DNA from: Candidatus Rokuibacteriota bacterium
GTDB taxonomy: Bacteria; Methylomirabilota; Methylomirabilia; Rokubacteriales; CSP1-6
Direction: 5' to 3'
Assembly: GCA_040902305.1 (NCBI GenBank)
Contig: JBBDXN010000145.1
Coordinates: 3,734 to 67,733, forward strand
DNA length: 64,000 nucleotides
Part shown: positions 50,494 through 63,273 of the stretch, one piece after another
Numbering within the stretch: the first letter of the stretch is position 1
How the letters are laid out: each line of letters starts with the position of its first letter
Translations under genes and position numbers: made by a program
Notes under the pieces: model-generated
The model's database searches: none
Told to the model about the DNA's origin: nothing
Seen by the model: only the letters and a program-made list of their open reading frames with translations

Positions 50494-52092
50494 CTACTGA
50501 GGCGTCAGCACCCTGCCGGCGGGCACCGCGTGGTAGCGGGCGCCGTCCACCACCACCTGGCCGTTGACGATGACGTAGGGAATGCCGACCGGGTGGCGGT
50601 GCGGATCCGGGAAGGTGGCCTGGTCGCGCACCGTGGCCGGATCGAAGACCGTGAGATCGGCGGCGCGGCCGCCCTGCACCAGCCCGCGGTCCTTGAGGCC
50701 GAGCTTGGTCGCGGCCATCCCAGTCATCTTATGCACCGCGGTCTCCCACGAGAAGAGCCGCTTCTCTCGGCAGTAGACGCCGAGCACGCGGGGGAACGTC
50801 CCATAGCTGCGCGGGTGGGGCTTGCCCGGATGCGGGCCGGTCCCCGCGTGGAGGGAGAGCGAGTCCGAGCCCACCATGGTGTGGGCGTAGCCCAGTGCTA
50901 CGCCCACGTTCTCCTCGCTCTGGGAGAACACCACCATCGAGACGCCGGCGCGCTCCTCCATCACCAGGTCCATCATGGCCTGGGCCGGCTCCTTGCCGGT
51001 GCGCCGCGCCAGCTCCGCGATGTGGATGCCGGCCAGCTCCGGCTTCGAGCAGGTGGCGATCATGATCTCGTCCCAGCCCATGCCGCCCGAGCCGGTGCGC
51101 CAGCGCTCGCCGTCCACCAGGCAGTCCGCGATCGCGCGCTGCCGCGCCTTCGGGTCGGTCAGGCGCTCGAGCAGCTTCGAGATGCCACCGTCGTGCATCC
51201 ACGCGGGGAGCAGGTTGTCCATCTTGGTGCTGCCGGCCGGATACGGATAGACGTCGCCGGTCACGTCCACCCCGCGGGCCCGAGCGCCGTCGATCATGCG
51301 CAGGACGCGGTCCATCTTGCCCCAGTTCTCGCGTCCCGAGGCTTTCACGTGGGCGATCTGCACCGGCACGCCGCCCTGCTCGCCGATCCGGATCGCCTCC
51401 TCGGCGGCCTGCTCGAGCGTGGCCGCCTCGCCGCGGATGTGTGAAAAGTAGAGTCCGCGCCGGCTCGCCATGCTGCGGGCCAGCCCCACCAGCTCCTCGG
51501 TGTTGCCGTAGACGCTGGGGGCGTAGACGAGGCCGGTGGAGAAGCCGAAGGCGCCCGCGTCGAGCGCCTCCGCGAGGAGCCGCTCCATGCCCTGCTGTTC
51601 CTCGGGCGTGGCCGGGCGCGCGGAGGGCCCGACCGCGGCCAGACGCAGCGCGCCGTGACCGACGAACTGCACGATGTTCACCGAGGGCCCGAGCCCGCGG
51701 AGGTGATCGAGGTACTCGCCGAAGGTGTTCCAGGTGATCGGCAGCTTGCCGCCGATGCCGCCCGCCCACTCCTGCACCAGATCCGCGCGGCCCGGGGCGA
51801 CGGGCGCCGGGGAGAAGCTGCACATGCCGACGACCTCGGTGGTCACGCCCTGGCGCACCTTGGACTCGGCGGACGGGCACTTGTCGTAGACCAGGTCCGA
51901 GTGCGAGTGGATGTCGATGAACCCGGGCGCGACCATCAGACCCTTGGCCTCGATCACCCGCGCGGCCTCGCCGGCCAGGCCCGGCCCCACCGCGGCGATG
52001 CGATCGCCCTCCACCGCCACGTCGGCGGCGCGCGCGGGCGCGCCGCTGCCGTCCACCACCGTGCCGTTCCGAATCAGGAGCGACCAGGCCAT
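50494..52092 (-). CDS. N-acyl-D-amino-acid deacylase (D-aminoacylase) family amidohydrolase
   Basis: Track ORF of 532 aa: [13 protein letters not shown]...[13 protein letters not shown]... Confidence 0.85.
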   Translation of the reverse strand: MAWSLLIRNGTVVDGSGAPARAADVAVEGDRIAAVGPGLAGEAARVIEAKGLMVAPGFIDIHSHSDLVYDKCPSAESKVRQGVTTEVVGMCSFSPAPVAPGRADLVQEWAGGIGGKLPITWNTFGEYLDHLRGLGPSVNIVQFVGHGALRLAAVGPSARPATPEEQQGMERLLAEALDAGAFGFSTGLVYAPSVYGNTEELVGLARSMASRRGLYFSHIRGEAATLEQAAEEAIRIGEQGGVPVQIAHVKASGRENWGKMDRVLRMIDGARARGVDVTGDVYPYPAGSTKMDNLLPAWMHDGGISKLLERLTDPKARQRAIADCLVDGERWRTGSGGMGWDEIMIATCSKPELAGIHIAELARRTGKEPAQAMMDLVMEERAGVSMVVFSQSEENVGVALGYAHTMVGSDSLSLHAGTGPHPGKPHPRSYGTFPRVLGVYCREKRLFSWETAVHKMTGMAATKLGLKDRGLVQGGRAADLTVFDPATVRDQATFPDPHRHPVGIPYVIVNGQVVVDGARYHAVPAGRVLTPQ

Positions 52093-52096
52093 GGCG

Positions 52097-52723
52097 CTAC
52101 TGGGCGGCCTCGTTGATCTTCACCGACTTCATCTTGTCGCCGACCTTGATCTTGTCCACCACCTCCATGCCGGAGGTGACCCGGCCGAAGACGGTGTACT
52201 GCCCGTCCAGGAAGTGGGCGGGGGCCAGCGTGAAGTAGAACTGGCTGCCCGCCGAGTTCGGGGCCTGGGTGCGCGCCATCGCGACCACGCCGCGGACGTG
52301 CTTCTGCTTGTTGAACTCGTCCTTGATGGTGTAGCCGGGACCGCCGGTGCCGTTGCCCTTGGGGTCGCCGCCCTGGACGACGAAGCCCGGCTCCACCCGA
52401 TGGAAGGTGACCCCGTCGTAGTAGCCCTTCTTGGCCAGCGTGACGAAGTTCTCCACCGTCTTGGGGGCGTCCTCCGGGAAGAACTCGATGGCGATCTCGC
52501 CGCCCTTCTCCATGGTGATGACGGCCGTCTGTCTCACCTTCTTGCCTCCCTTGGGTGCCGCGTTGGTGGGTGCCGCTTTGGTGGGTGCCGCCTTGGCGGG
52601 CGCCTCTTTGGGCGCGGGGGTCGTGGGCGACTGCGCCCCGGCCGGATGGATCGGGCCGGGCGCGGGCAGGACGACTGCGGCGAGCAGCGCGACGAGCGCG
52701 ATGATGGCGATGCGAGCCTTCAC
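52097..52723 (-). CDS. secreted cyclophilin-type peptidyl-prolyl cis-trans isomerase
   Basis: Track ORF of 208 aa: signal peptide, Ala/Pro/Lys linker, ...[21 protein letters not shown]...GVVAMAR...[11 protein letters not shown]...GQYTVFGRV... Confidence 0.9.
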   Translation of the reverse strand: MKARIAIIALVALLAAVVLPAPGPIHPAGAQSPTTPAPKEAPAKAAPTKAAPTNAAPKGGKKVRQTAVITMEKGGEIAIEFFPEDAPKTVENFVTLAKKGYYDGVTFHRVEPGFVVQGGDPKGNGTGGPGYTIKDEFNKQKHVRGVVAMARTQAPNSAGSQFYFTLAPAHFLDGQYTVFGRVTSGMEVVDKIKVGDKMKSVKINEAAQ

Positions 52724-52803
52724 GAAAGAGCCTCCTTCACGTGGAATGCCGGGTTGGACGCGTCATTATGCCCCACCGCCCCGCTGGTTCGCCACTCCAT
52801 CCG

Positions 52804-52812
52804 TGGTACAGT
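52804..52812 (+). promoter_or_regulatory. extended -10 box (TGG-TACAGT) 7 nt upstream of the typA ATG; candidate leaderless promoter
   Basis: ...ccgTGGTACAGTgagaaccATG. Confidence 0.35.
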
Positions 52813-52819
52813 GAGAACC

Positions 52820-54619
52820 ATGCCGCAGCGCCCCGATGTCCGTAACGTTGCCATCATCGCGCACGTCGACCACGGCAAGACCACTCTGGTCGACGCCATG
52901 CTCTGGCAGTCCGGCATCTTCCGCGCCAACGAGCACGTGGCCGAGCGAGTCATGGATTCGATCGACCTGGAGCGGGAGAAGGGCATCACGATCATGGCCA
53001 AGAACACCGCCATCTACTACCAGGGCGTGAAGATCAATATCGTGGACACGCCCGGCCACGCCGACTTCGGGGGCGAGGTGGAGCGGACGCTGACGCTGGT
53101 GGACGGCGTGCTCCTCCTGGTGGACGCCGCGGAGGGCCCCCTGCCCCAGACGCGCTTCGTGCTGAAGAAGGCGCTGGAAGCGAACCTGACCCCGGTGGTG
53201 GTCATCAACAAGATCGACCGGCAGGACGCCCGCGCGGCCGAAGTGCTCGACGAGGTCTACGACCTCTTCATCGACCTGGACGCGGCGGTGGAACAGCTCG
53301 AGTTCCCGGTGCTCTACACCGACGCCCGCAAAGGCATCGCCAAGCGGGCGCTCACCGACGACGGGAAGACCCTCGCCCCGCTCTTCGACACCCTGATCGA
53401 GATGATCCCCGCGCCCCATTTCGAGGAGGGGCACGGGCTGCAGCTCCGGGCCGCCTCGCTGGACTGGGACGACTACGTGGGCCGCCTCATCATCGGCCGT
53501 ATCGTCAACGGCCGGGTCCGCCAGTACGACCGGGTGGCGGTGGTGCATCGCGACGGCGCAGTCGACCACGCCAAGATCACCGTGCTCTACGGCTACGAGG
53601 GCCTCAAGCGCGTGGAGATTCCCGAGGCCTCCGCGGGCGACATCGTGGCGGTGGCGGGCATCGAGGCCATGGAGATCGGCGAGACCATCGCGGACCCCGA
53701 CAAGCCGGTGGCCCTGCCCGTGATGCACATCGACGAGCCCACCGTGTCCATGCTGTTCTCCTCCAACATCTCGCCGTTCGCGGGCAAGGAGGGCAAGTTC
53801 GTCACCTCCACCCAGCTCCGCGAGCGGCTCTGGCGGGAGAAGCGCAGCAACGTGGCCCTGCGGGTGGAGGAGACCGACTCGCCCGACACCTTCAACGTGG
53901 CCGGGCGCGGCGAGCTGCAGCTCGCGATCCTCATCGAGATGATGCGGCGCGAGGGCTTCGAGATGGAGGTCTCCAAGCCCCAGATCATCACCCACGAGGA
54001 GGACGGCAAGACGCTCGAGCCGATGGAGCACCTGGTGGTGGACGTGCCCGACGACTTCATCGGCGCGGTCACCCAGAAGCTCGGGCCGCGCAAGGGCCAG
54101 ATGGTGAAGATGATCAACCACGGCACCGGCCGGGTGCGGCTCGAGTACCGCATCCCGTCCCGCGGGTTGATCGGCTATCGGTCGGAGTTCCTCACCGATA
54201 CGCGCGGCACCGGCCTGCTGAACCATCTCTTCGACGGCTGGGCGGAGTGGCAGGGCGACATCCCCCACCGGGCCAACGGGGCCCTGGTGGCCGACCGCAC
54301 CGGCAAGACCACGGCGTACGCGATCGATCACCTGCAGCCGCGCGGGGTGCTGTTCCTGGGTCCGGGCGAGCCGGTCTACGAGGGCCAGGTGGTGGGCGAG
54401 AACGCGCGCGACAACGATCTCGACGTCAACATCACCAAGGAGAAGAAGCTCACCAACGTGCGCTCGTCCACCTCGGACGAGGCGGTGCGCCTCACTCCCC
54501 CGCGCCTCATGAACCTCGAGCAGTCGCTCGAGTGGATTCGCGAGGACGAGCTGATCGAGATCACCCCGAAGTCGATCCGCCTCCGCAAGAAGTCCCTCAC
54601 CGGCCGCCGCCGCTTCTAG
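52820..54619 (+). CDS. typA: translational GTPase TypA/BipA
   Basis: ATG 52820 in track ORF 51911..54619; 599 aa: [22 protein letters not shown]...[14 protein letters not shown]...NKIDR... Confidence 0.95.
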   Translation: MPQRPDVRNVAIIAHVDHGKTTLVDAMLWQSGIFRANEHVAERVMDSIDLEREKGITIMAKNTAIYYQGVKINIVDTPGHADFGGEVERTLTLVDGVLLLVDAAEGPLPQTRFVLKKALEANLTPVVVINKIDRQDARAAEVLDEVYDLFIDLDAAVEQLEFPVLYTDARKGIAKRALTDDGKTLAPLFDTLIEMIPAPHFEEGHGLQLRAASLDWDDYVGRLIIGRIVNGRVRQYDRVAVVHRDGAVDHAKITVLYGYEGLKRVEIPEASAGDIVAVAGIEAMEIGETIADPDKPVALPVMHIDEPTVSMLFSSNISPFAGKEGKFVTSTQLRERLWREKRSNVALRVEETDSPDTFNVAGRGELQLAILIEMMRREGFEMEVSKPQIITHEEDGKTLEPMEHLVVDVPDDFIGAVTQKLGPRKGQMVKMINHGTGRVRLEYRIPSRGLIGYRSEFLTDTRGTGLLNHLFDGWAEWQGDIPHRANGALVADRTGKTTAYAIDHLQPRGVLFLGPGEPVYEGQVVGENARDNDLDVNITKEKKLTNVRSSTSDEAVRLTPPRLMNLEQSLEWIREDELIEITPKSIRLRKKSLTGRRRF

Positions 54620-54623
54620 GCCC

Positions 54624-55597
54624 GGGGTCAGGTCTTACATTCCGACATTTTCGATGGCGTGATGTGCGTCCGCTTCAGCCAGGGCACGGCTCACCGTGAT
54701 GTAGTGGCGGCCCAAGAAGTCTCCGACCTCTCTCATGGTGTATCCGTGGTCTCGAACGGCCACGACGGCACGGGCATTCCGGTCGGCCCGGGAGGTCACG
54801 CCCGCAAAGACCTCTCCGAGCGGTGGCCTCGAGGCGAACCGTTGAGCGCGCGGAAACTCCGCGCACTGCATCGCCTCGCGGCACTGGTCAGCGAGACCCT
54901 CGCTCATCACCGGCTTTGACCTGAATCGGTCCAGGGAGGACTCGGGCTCTCCGATGCCCGCCTCCACGAACGACGTGTAGCGCTTCACACCCTCGCCACG
55001 AGTCCTCGCTCCAGCGAGGGCCCGCACCCAGTCCACCGTCAAGAATCCAGGCACGACCGCTCCGCCGGCGGTAGCGCGGAAGCTGCTCCATCTCCAATCG
55101 GCTGGATGCGCGACGAGACCGGCTCGCACCGGATTGAGCACGATGTAGCGGCACACCTCGCGCAGGTAGGCCTCGCCATCCACGAGCTGGGCGCCGAACC
55201 GCCCTTGCAGGAGATGGCCGCATCGCTCGTGCCGGCGATTGAAGCGCTGCGTGTACACACCGTTGAGCTGTCGCATCGTGGTAGAAAGGTTCGCTTCGGG
55301 CGTTTGGAGCAACACGTGATAGTGATTGCCCATGAGGCAGTAGGCGTGACAGACCACGCGATAGCGGGCGACAGTGGCTGCGAGCACGACGAGAAAGCGA
55401 GCGCGGTCGTCGTCGTCTTCAAAGATCGGGCGTCGGTCATTCCCACGCGCGGTGACGTGGTAGATCCCGCCCGGAAACTGGAGGCGGAGCGGTCGGGCCA
55501 TGCGCCCACGCTACCGCTCCGACCTCCACGCGCTCAAGTGTGACGGTTAGGACACACCCGGGAACCGAGAAAATGTCGGGATGTAAGACCTGACCCC
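54624..55597. mobile_element. RAYT-type Y1 transposase unit bounded by 29-bp inverted repeats
   Basis: IR-L GGGGTCAGGTCTTACATTCCGACATTTTC (54624-54652). The reverse complement of IR-R (55569-55597) is GGGGTCAGGTCTTACATCCCGACATTTTC (28/29). The unit sits exactly between the typA stop (54619) and the stop of the VOC gene (55597). Confidence 0.7.
54635..55501 (-). CDS. REP-associated tyrosine transposase-like protein (IS200/IS605 Y1 HUH domain + C-terminal DnaA-type HTH)
   Basis: Track ORF of 288 aa: ...GGIYHVTARGN...GNHYHVLLQTP (HUH)...CRYIVLNPVRAGL (catalytic Tyr)...; C-terminal ...RDHGYTMREVGDFLGRHYITVSRAL. Confidence 0.85.
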   Translation of the reverse strand: MARPLRLQFPGGIYHVTARGNDRRPIFEDDDDRARFLVVLAATVARYRVVCHAYCLMGNHYHVLLQTPEANLSTTMRQLNGVYTQRFNRRHERCGHLLQGRFGAQLVDGEAYLREVCRYIVLNPVRAGLVAHPADWRWSSFRATAGGAVVPGFLTVDWVRALAGARTRGEGVKRYTSFVEAGIGEPESSLDRFRSKPVMSEGLADQCREAMQCAEFPRAQRFASRPPLGEVFAGVTSRADRNARAVVAVRDHGYTMREVGDFLGRHYITVSRALAEADAHHAIENVGM

Positions 55598-56082
55598 TAT
55601 TTCTTCATCGCGGCCATGCGGCGGTTCATCTCCTCCATGCTCACGTCTTCTTTGTGGGTGGAGAGGTGCCAGCTATGGCCGAAGGGGTCCTTGAGGGTGC
55701 CGGAGCGGTCGCCGTAGAACTGGTCGGTCAGCGGGCGCACCTCGGTGCCGCCGGCCGCGATGGCCTGCTTGAACTGCTTATCCACGTCCTCCAAATAGAT
55801 CATGATGCTGATCGGCGAGCCCCCGTAGTGCTTCGGGCTCCGCGCGTCCATCTCGGGGTGCTCGTCGGCCAGCATGATCACGGAATTGCCGATCTTGATC
55901 TCGGCGTGGCCGATCTTGTCGCCGGGCGATGGAATGCGCATCAGCTCCTTCGCGTCGAAGGCCCGCTTGTAATACTCGATGGCGCGGGCGGCGCCGTCGA
56001 TGATCAGGTACGGGGTGGCCGAGTGGTAGCCATCCGGGATCGCCTTCACCTTGGCCGGCTTGCTCGTCGTCTTGGTCGTCAT
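55597..56082 (-). CDS. VOC (glyoxalase/bleomycin-resistance) family protein, PhnB-like
   Basis: ATG 56082 preceded by GGAGGGAGCC, in track ORF 55597..56625; 161 aa: ...SATPYLIIDGAARAIEYYKRAFDA...GHAEIKIGNSVIMLADE...GDRSGTLKDPFGHSWHLSTH. Confidence 0.85.
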   Translation of the reverse strand: MTTKTTSKPAKVKAIPDGYHSATPYLIIDGAARAIEYYKRAFDAKELMRIPSPGDKIGHAEIKIGNSVIMLADEHPEMDARSPKHYGGSPISIMIYLEDVDKQFKQAIAAGGTEVRPLTDQFYGDRSGTLKDPFGHSWHLSTHKEDVSMEEMNRRMAAMKK

Positions 56083-56113
56083 GGCTCCCTCCTTGTCGAG
56101 TAGGGCGTTTCGG

Positions 56114-56833
56114 TCACCGTACACCTCCCCGGCCGAGCGTGCCACTGGTCCGGACCGGAAGCAGCTCCACGGTGAGATCGAGATCGGCGGGCCATTCGCC
56201 GTAGCCCAGCAGCTCGCGCACCGTCGCGCCGGGCGCCCCCGGCGCCGCCGGATCGAGCAGGGTACGGTAGAGGCCGGGCCCGGGCACGAAGAGCGCGGCG
56301 TCCGGCGAGTCCGCCACGCTGAGAAGCAGGCACGCGCCGCCGGCGCCGGCGGTGACCGCGATGCCGCGATCCGCTTCCCAGGAATACTCCCCGTGCCGGC
56401 CCCGCTCCCGAAGCACGCGCACGTCGTGAACCCGTCCGAGCCGGTCCCCGAGCGGCGGCCCGTCATAGCGCCAGTCCGGCCGTGCCGGGGCGCGGGCCGC
56501 GCCGCCCGAGCGGTCGGGCGTGAACGCGTACACGGTGCCGGCGCGCGACGGCTTGAAGAAGGAGCCGAAGGTCTCGGGCCGATAGTGATCGAGCGGCTCG
56601 AGGCGAAGACGGCAGAGCTCGCCACCGAAGGCCGGCGTGACGAGGGACGACAGACGCACGGCGGCGCCCTCGACGGGCACGATCACGAAGCTCGACCGGT
56701 AGGCTCCCGGATCGAGGGGCGAGGTGAAGCCGGGACCGGGAGCATAGAGCACGTCGCGCCACGCACCGGCCAGTCCGGCCGCGAGCCGACGCTCGCCGGC
56801 GGGGAGGTGGAGGTCGACACTGGGAACGACCAT
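56114..56833 (-). CDS. hypothetical protein (239 aa)
   Basis: ATG 56833 in track ORF 56114..56980: MVVPSVDLHLPAGERRLAAG... No family recognised. The upstream part of the track ORF is the translated repeat element. Confidence 0.5.
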   Translation of the reverse strand: MVVPSVDLHLPAGERRLAAGLAGAWRDVLYAPGPGFTSPLDPGAYRSSFVIVPVEGAAVRLSSLVTPAFGGELCRLRLEPLDHYRPETFGSFFKPSRAGTVYAFTPDRSGGAARAPARPDWRYDGPPLGDRLGRVHDVRVLRERGRHGEYSWEADRGIAVTAGAGGACLLLSVADSPDAALFVPGPGLYRTLLDPAAPGAPGATVRELLGYGEWPADLDLTVELLPVRTSGTLGRGGVR

Positions 56834-56866
56834 CGGATGAGCCCCTTGCCCTCCTCGCCCCCCCGG

Positions 56867-56928
56867 CCCCTCACCCTCCAGCCCCTCACCCTGCCCTCTC
56901 CCCAAAGGGAGAGGGGTTTGGGGGGTGG
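56867..56928. repeat. palindromic repeat copy (CCCCTCACCC half-unit + full 22-mer + hairpin)
   Basis: CCCCTCACCCTCCAG-CCCCTCACCCTGCCCTCTCCCC-AAA-GGGAGAGGGGTTTGGGGGGTGG, between the hypothetical gene start (56833) and the helicase stop (56931). Confidence 0.7.
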
Positions 56929-56930
56929 AC

Positions 56931-58226
56931 CTAGCGGCGGGGACCCCGGCCGGGGCTACGGCCGTCGCGACGGCCGCCACCCGCGCCGCCGCGCCCGCCG
57001 CGGGCGGCCATGCGCTGCCGCTTCTCCTCGGCGTAGCGGCGCCGCTCCTCGCTGGTCGGCTTGATCTCGGGCAGGTACAGCGCGTCCTCGGCCCAGTCCA
57101 CCTGGATCTTCTGGCTGATGAACTTTTCGATGGGCTCGAGCGCGAGCGCCCCCGCCTCGTCCACGAGGCTGATCGCCTTGCCGGCGGCGCCCGCGCGCGC
57201 GGTGCGCCCGATCCGGTGCACGTAGTCCTCGGCGTCCTGCGGCATGTCCCAGTTGACCACGTGACTCACGCCCTCGATGTGCAGCCCCCGCGAGGCCACG
57301 TCGGTCGCGACGAGGATCGGAAGTTGCCCGTCCTTGAAGTCGTTGAGGATCTTGAGCCGCTTCTTCTGGTCCACGTCGCCGGTGAGGGCGCGCGCCTGCC
57401 AGCCGTTGCGCCCCAGCCGATCCTCGAGGCGCCGCGCCTCCTCGCGCGTGTTCGAGAAGATCAGGATGCGGCTACCGCCCTCGCGCTTCAGCAGTCCCAG
57501 CAGGAGATTGAACTTCTCCTCGCGGCCGACGTGATAGAGCACCTGCTCCGCCTTCTCCACCGTCTTCTGTTGCGGGGTGATGCTGATCTGGGTCGGATTG
57601 TTCATGAACTCCCAGGTCAGCTCCAGCACCCGGAACGACAGCGTGGCCGAAAACAGGAAGGACTGGCGCTTCTCCGGCTTGGGCAGCCGGCGCAGGATGA
57701 AGCGCAGGTCGGCGATGAAGCCCATGTCGAACATCCGGTCGGCCTCGTCGATGACCAGCACCTCGACCCGCCCGGGCGACCACACGTGCTGCTTCAGGTA
57801 GTCGATGAGCCGGCCCGGCGTGCCGACCAGCACGTCGCAGCCCTCGCGCAGCTCCTCGCGCTGCTTGTTGTAGTCGATGCCGCCGTAGACCGAGAGGATG
57901 CGCAGGCCGGTGTGCGCGCCGAGGAGGTGCGCGTCGGCTTCGATCTGCACCACCAGCTCGCGGGTGGGGGCGATGATGAGCACGCGGGGCGCGGTCGGCC
58001 CGCTGCGCGCGGGTGCGGGGTGGGTCAGGCAGCGGGTGAAGGCCGCGATGAGGAAGGCGGCGGTCTTGCCGGTGCCGGTCTGCGACTGCCCGGCCACGTC
58101 CTTGCCCCGGAGGGCGAGCGGCAGCGCCGCCTCCTGGATGGCGGTAGTGGCGGCGAAGCCCGCGTCCTCGATCCCGCGGCGCACCGGCCCGGGCAGGTCG
58201 AGCGAGGTGAACTCGAGCGGGCTCAC
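56931..58226 (-). CDS. DEAD-box ATP-dependent RNA helicase with Arg/Gly-rich tail
   Basis: GTG 58226 (GTGA overlap with the tatC stop) in track ORF 56931..58712: ...[31 protein letters not shown]...VIDEADRM...SAT...[10 protein letters not shown]... Confidence 0.9.
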   Translation of the reverse strand: MSPLEFTSLDLPGPVRRGIEDAGFAATTAIQEAALPLALRGKDVAGQSQTGTGKTAAFLIAAFTRCLTHPAPARSGPTAPRVLIIAPTRELVVQIEADAHLLGAHTGLRILSVYGGIDYNKQREELREGCDVLVGTPGRLIDYLKQHVWSPGRVEVLVIDEADRMFDMGFIADLRFILRRLPKPEKRQSFLFSATLSFRVLELTWEFMNNPTQISITPQQKTVEKAEQVLYHVGREEKFNLLLGLLKREGGSRILIFSNTREEARRLEDRLGRNGWQARALTGDVDQKKRLKILNDFKDGQLPILVATDVASRGLHIEGVSHVVNWDMPQDAEDYVHRIGRTARAGAAGKAISLVDEAGALALEPIEKFISQKIQVDWAEDALYLPEIKPTSEERRRYAEEKRQRMAARGGRGGAGGGRRDGRSPGRGPRR

Positions 58227-59008
58227 TTCACGGCCTCCTCGGTGGCGACCGGCTTCGCCTTCTTCCGGCCGAACACTCGCGCGCAGATGATGCCCACCTC
58301 GTACAGGATGATGAGCGGGCCCGCCATCAGCAACTGGTTCACGATGTCGGGCGTCGGCGTCAGCATGGCCGCGATGACGAAGTTGATCAGGATCGCGTAC
58401 TTGCGGTTCTTGGACAGGAACTGCGGCGTCACGATCCCGAGCAGGGACAGCAGCGTGATCACCACCGGCATCTCGAACACCAGCCCGAAGGCCAGCGTGA
58501 ACTTCAGGATGAAGTCGATGTAGCTCGAGATCGTGATCATGGGGCGAAGCCCCTGGTCCTGCCCGAAGCTCACCAGGAAGCTGATCGCGAAGGGCACGAC
58601 GACGAAGAGGGCAAAGGCCCCGCCGCCGAGAAAGAGCAGCGAGCCGACGATGACGAAGGGCGCCGCGTACTTGCGCTCGCGCTTGTGCAGGCCCGGGGCC
58701 ACGAAGGCCCACACGTTCCAGAGGATGATCGGCATCGCGATGAAGAGGCCCATGATCATGGCCACCTTCATGTAGGTCCAGAACGCCTCGGTGGGGGTGG
58801 TGAAGACGAGCTCGGTCTTGAGATGACCGGACAGCGCGCGCATCACGCTGCTGGTGAAGTACAGCGAGACGAGGAGACCGACGCCGGCGGGGACGAGGCT
58901 CCAGACGATACGGGTGCGCAGCTCGGTCAGGTGATCGAAGAACGACATCTTGCCGGGCTCATCGAGCCCCGCCGCGTCGGGGCTGGCGTTCGGCTCGGGC
59001 TCGCTCAT
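58223..59008 (-). CDS. tatC: twin-arginine translocase subunit TatC
   Basis: ATG 59008 (TGATG overlap with the thiD stop) in track ORF 58223..59566: ...[18 protein letters not shown]...[15 protein letters not shown]...[13 protein letters not shown]... Confidence 0.9.
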   Translation of the reverse strand: MSEPEPNASPDAAGLDEPGKMSFFDHLTELRTRIVWSLVPAGVGLLVSLYFTSSVMRALSGHLKTELVFTTPTEAFWTYMKVAMIMGLFIAMPIILWNVWAFVAPGLHKRERKYAAPFVIVGSLLFLGGGAFALFVVVPFAISFLVSFGQDQGLRPMITISSYIDFILKFTLAFGLVFEMPVVITLLSLLGIVTPQFLSKNRKYAILINFVIAAMLTPTPDIVNQLLMAGPLIILYEVGIICARVFGRKKAKPVATEEAVK

Positions 59009-59802
59009 CACCAGTCCGGAATGAAGTGGCGGAGCTGGCCCACGCCCCGGCCCGCCGCGAAGCCCTCGCGGATCGCCCGCGTCACGTACGCCTTGGCCGC
59101 CCGGATCGCGTCGCCGAGCGCCTGGCCACGGGCCAGCTCCGCCGCGATGGCGGCGGAGAACGTGCAGCCGGTGCCGTGGGTGTTCCCCGAGTCTATTCGA
59201 GCGGTCGAGAATCGGGTGAAGTCGCGCCCGTTCCAGAGCAGATCGGTGGCGTCGCCCTTCAGGTGCCCGCCCTTCACCAGCACGTATCGCGGCCCCATGG
59301 TGTGGATGCGCCGCGCCGCTTCCTCCATGTCCTCGGGTTCGCTGATCTGCATCCCGGCCAGCACCTCCGCCTCCGGCAGGTTGGGGGTGACGACCAGGGC
59401 GAGCGGCAGGATACGATCGGCGAGTGCCGCGCGGGCCGCGGGCTCGAGCAGCCGGTCGCCGGACTTCGCCACCATGACCGGGTCCACCACCAGCTTCTCG
59501 ACCCGGCGCTCGGCCAGCGTCGCGGCCACCGCTTCGATGATCGGCGCGGTGGAGAGCATCCCGCACTTGGCCGCGTCGGCGCCGAAGTCGTCCAGGACGG
59601 AGCGGAGCTGCTGCGCCACGAAGGCGGGCGGCAGGTTCTCCACACCCTGGACCCCGAGGGAATTCTGCGCCGTCACCGCGGTGATCACCGACATGCCGAA
59701 CACCCGGAACGCCGAGAACGTCTTGAGATCAGCCTGGATACCCGCCCCGCCGCCGGAATCGGAGCCGGCGATGGTCAGGGCCTTGGGGATCAACATGGCC
59801 AC
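59008..59802 (-). CDS. thiD: hydroxymethylpyrimidine / phosphomethylpyrimidine kinase
   Basis: Track ORF of 264 aa: [22 protein letters not shown]...[10 protein letters not shown]...[12 protein letters not shown]... Confidence 0.9.
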   Translation of the reverse strand: MAMLIPKALTIAGSDSGGGAGIQADLKTFSAFRVFGMSVITAVTAQNSLGVQGVENLPPAFVAQQLRSVLDDFGADAAKCGMLSTAPIIEAVAATLAERRVEKLVVDPVMVAKSGDRLLEPAARAALADRILPLALVVTPNLPEAEVLAGMQISEPEDMEEAARRIHTMGPRYVLVKGGHLKGDATDLLWNGRDFTRFSTARIDSGNTHGTGCTFSAAIAAELARGQALGDAIRAAKAYVTRAIREGFAAGRGVGQLRHFIPDW

Positions 59803-59860
59803 TTAGTATACGGGATACGTCCGAGACGGCGGGAAGAACCTGCCCGCCCCGGCCTCGCGG

Positions 59861-60595
59861 CTACCAGCGCGCGGAGATGCCGAGGAGGGCCGAATGGGTG
59901 TCGAGCTCGGTCCGCAGCGTGGTCTTGCGGTTGGAGGCGTCGCGCAGCTCCACTTCCGGCGAGACGTGGGTGAACCGGTACTCGCCGAACAGCGACAGGT
60001 TGCTGAAGATCTGGACCGCGACCCCGCCCGCGAGCTTGTAGCCGAAGGAGAACTCGGTGTCGGACTCGTGGTTCCGGAAATTCCGCGTATGCCGCGGCGT
60101 GATGGTGGTCATGAAGAGCGGCGGGCCCACCGCCACGTAGGGCTGCACCCGACCGTGCGGCGCGTCGGCCGTCTTCAAGAGCGGCAGGCGGAGCATCAGG
60201 TCCACCGACACCGCGGTGGTCTCCACGTCGAAGGAGCCGGTGCCTCCGCGCCCGCTGCCGCAGCCGCCGGGGTAGAAGCAGCCCCGGAGATTGACGGACT
60301 GCGGGCCGATGTACGGGGAGAACCGGAAGAAGTCGAGCCCGAGCCCGAGGAAGGGCAGCGAGTCGAAGTAACGGCCGGCGCGGCCGCCCCAGGCCAGGGC
60401 CTTGTCGAACTCCACGCCCTCGAAGGTCCCCGGCCCGATGCCCTGATCGTTGAGCTTGAGATCGCTGTTCTGCGTGAAGCTCGAGCCGGCGTAGAGGTCG
60501 GCGAACCACTCCGCGGAGGCGGGACGGCTGCCGAACCCCGCACTCGCCAGCCCCGCGACCAGCAGCGTCCACCCGAGCACCGAGCGCCTGATCAT
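59861..60595 (-). CDS. outer-membrane beta-barrel protein (OmpW/OmpA-beta-barrel-like)
   Basis: Track ORF of 244 aa: signal peptide, alternating-hydrophobic strands, C-terminal ...ALLGISARW (terminal aromatic residue). Confidence 0.65.
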   Translation of the reverse strand: MIRRSVLGWTLLVAGLASAGFGSRPASAEWFADLYAGSSFTQNSDLKLNDQGIGPGTFEGVEFDKALAWGGRAGRYFDSLPFLGLGLDFFRFSPYIGPQSVNLRGCFYPGGCGSGRGGTGSFDVETTAVSVDLMLRLPLLKTADAPHGRVQPYVAVGPPLFMTTITPRHTRNFRNHESDTEFSFGYKLAGGVAVQIFSNLSLFGEYRFTHVSPEVELRDASNRKTTLRTELDTHSALLGISARW

Positions 60596-60626
60596 GGCGT
60601 CACTCTACCACCGCGTCCGGCCCGCG

Positions 60627-61307
60627 CTACTCGAAACGCGGCGAGGGAATGATCACGGTGAACTCGCCCCGCGCGGTCCCCGCGCCGAAGCGCTCCCGGA
60701 GGGCCGCCGCGGAGCCGCGGACGATCTCCTCGAACTGCTTGGTCATCTCGCGGGCCACCACGATCTCGCGCTCGCCGAACACCTGGGCGATCGCCTCCAG
60801 CGCGCCCAGGATGCGATGCGGGGACTCGTAGCAGACCACCGTCATCTCGAGGTCGCGCAGCGCCTCCAGGCGGTGGACGCGCCGGCCCGGCTTCACGGGC
60901 AGGAAGCCGTCGAAGACGAAGCGGTCGGCCGGCACGCCCGCCGCGGACACGGCCGCTGCCACCGCCGAGGGCCCCGGCACCGGCACCACCGCGACGCCGG
61001 CTTCCCGCGCCTGCTTGACCAGCAGGAAGCCCGGGTCCGAGATGCCGGGAGTACCCGCGTCGGTGACCAGGGCCACGGCCTGGCCGGCCTGGAGCGTCGC
61101 GAGCAGGCGGGTCCCCTTGCGCAGCTTGTTGTGCTCGAAGTAGCTCGTGACCGGGACGTGGATGCCGAAATGGGTGAGGAGGATGCGGGTGCGCCGCGTG
61201 TCCTCGCAGGCGACGAGGGCCACCTCCTTCAGGACGCGGAGCGCGCGCAGCGTGATGTCCTCGAGGTTGCCGAGGGGGGTCGCGACCACGTAGAGGGTGC
61301 CGGACAT
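60627..61307 (-). CDS. rsmI: 16S rRNA (cytidine1402-2'-O)-methyltransferase
   Basis: ATG 61307 in track ORF 60627..61325: GTLYVVATPLGNLEDITLRALRVLKEV..IACEDTR...TDAGTPGISDPG... Confidence 0.9.
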   Translation of the reverse strand: MSGTLYVVATPLGNLEDITLRALRVLKEVALVACEDTRRTRILLTHFGIHVPVTSYFEHNKLRKGTRLLATLQAGQAVALVTDAGTPGISDPGFLLVKQAREAGVAVVPVPGPSAVAAAVSAAGVPADRFVFDGFLPVKPGRRVHRLEALRDLEMTVVCYESPHRILGALEAIAQVFGEREIVVAREMTKQFEEIVRGSAAALRERFGAGTARGEFTVIIPSPRFE

Positions 61308-61317
61308 GGGAGGGGGA

Positions 61318-61359
61318 CCCCTCACCCTGCCCTCTCCCCGACGGGAAGAGGGTGAAGAG
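61318..61359. repeat. palindromic repeat copy between the rsmI start and the clpX stop
   Basis: CCCCTCACCCTGCCCTCTCCCC-GAC-GGGAAGAGGGTGAAGAG. The same 22-mer occurs at 9516 and 56882. Confidence 0.7.
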
Positions 61360-61361
61360 AC

Positions 61362-62609
<1,248 letters not shown>

Positions 62610-62617
62610 GTCCAGTC

Positions 62618-63241
<624 letters not shown>

Positions 63242-63273
63242 CGGGCGCCTCCTTGCCATGCTGGTAGTGTACC

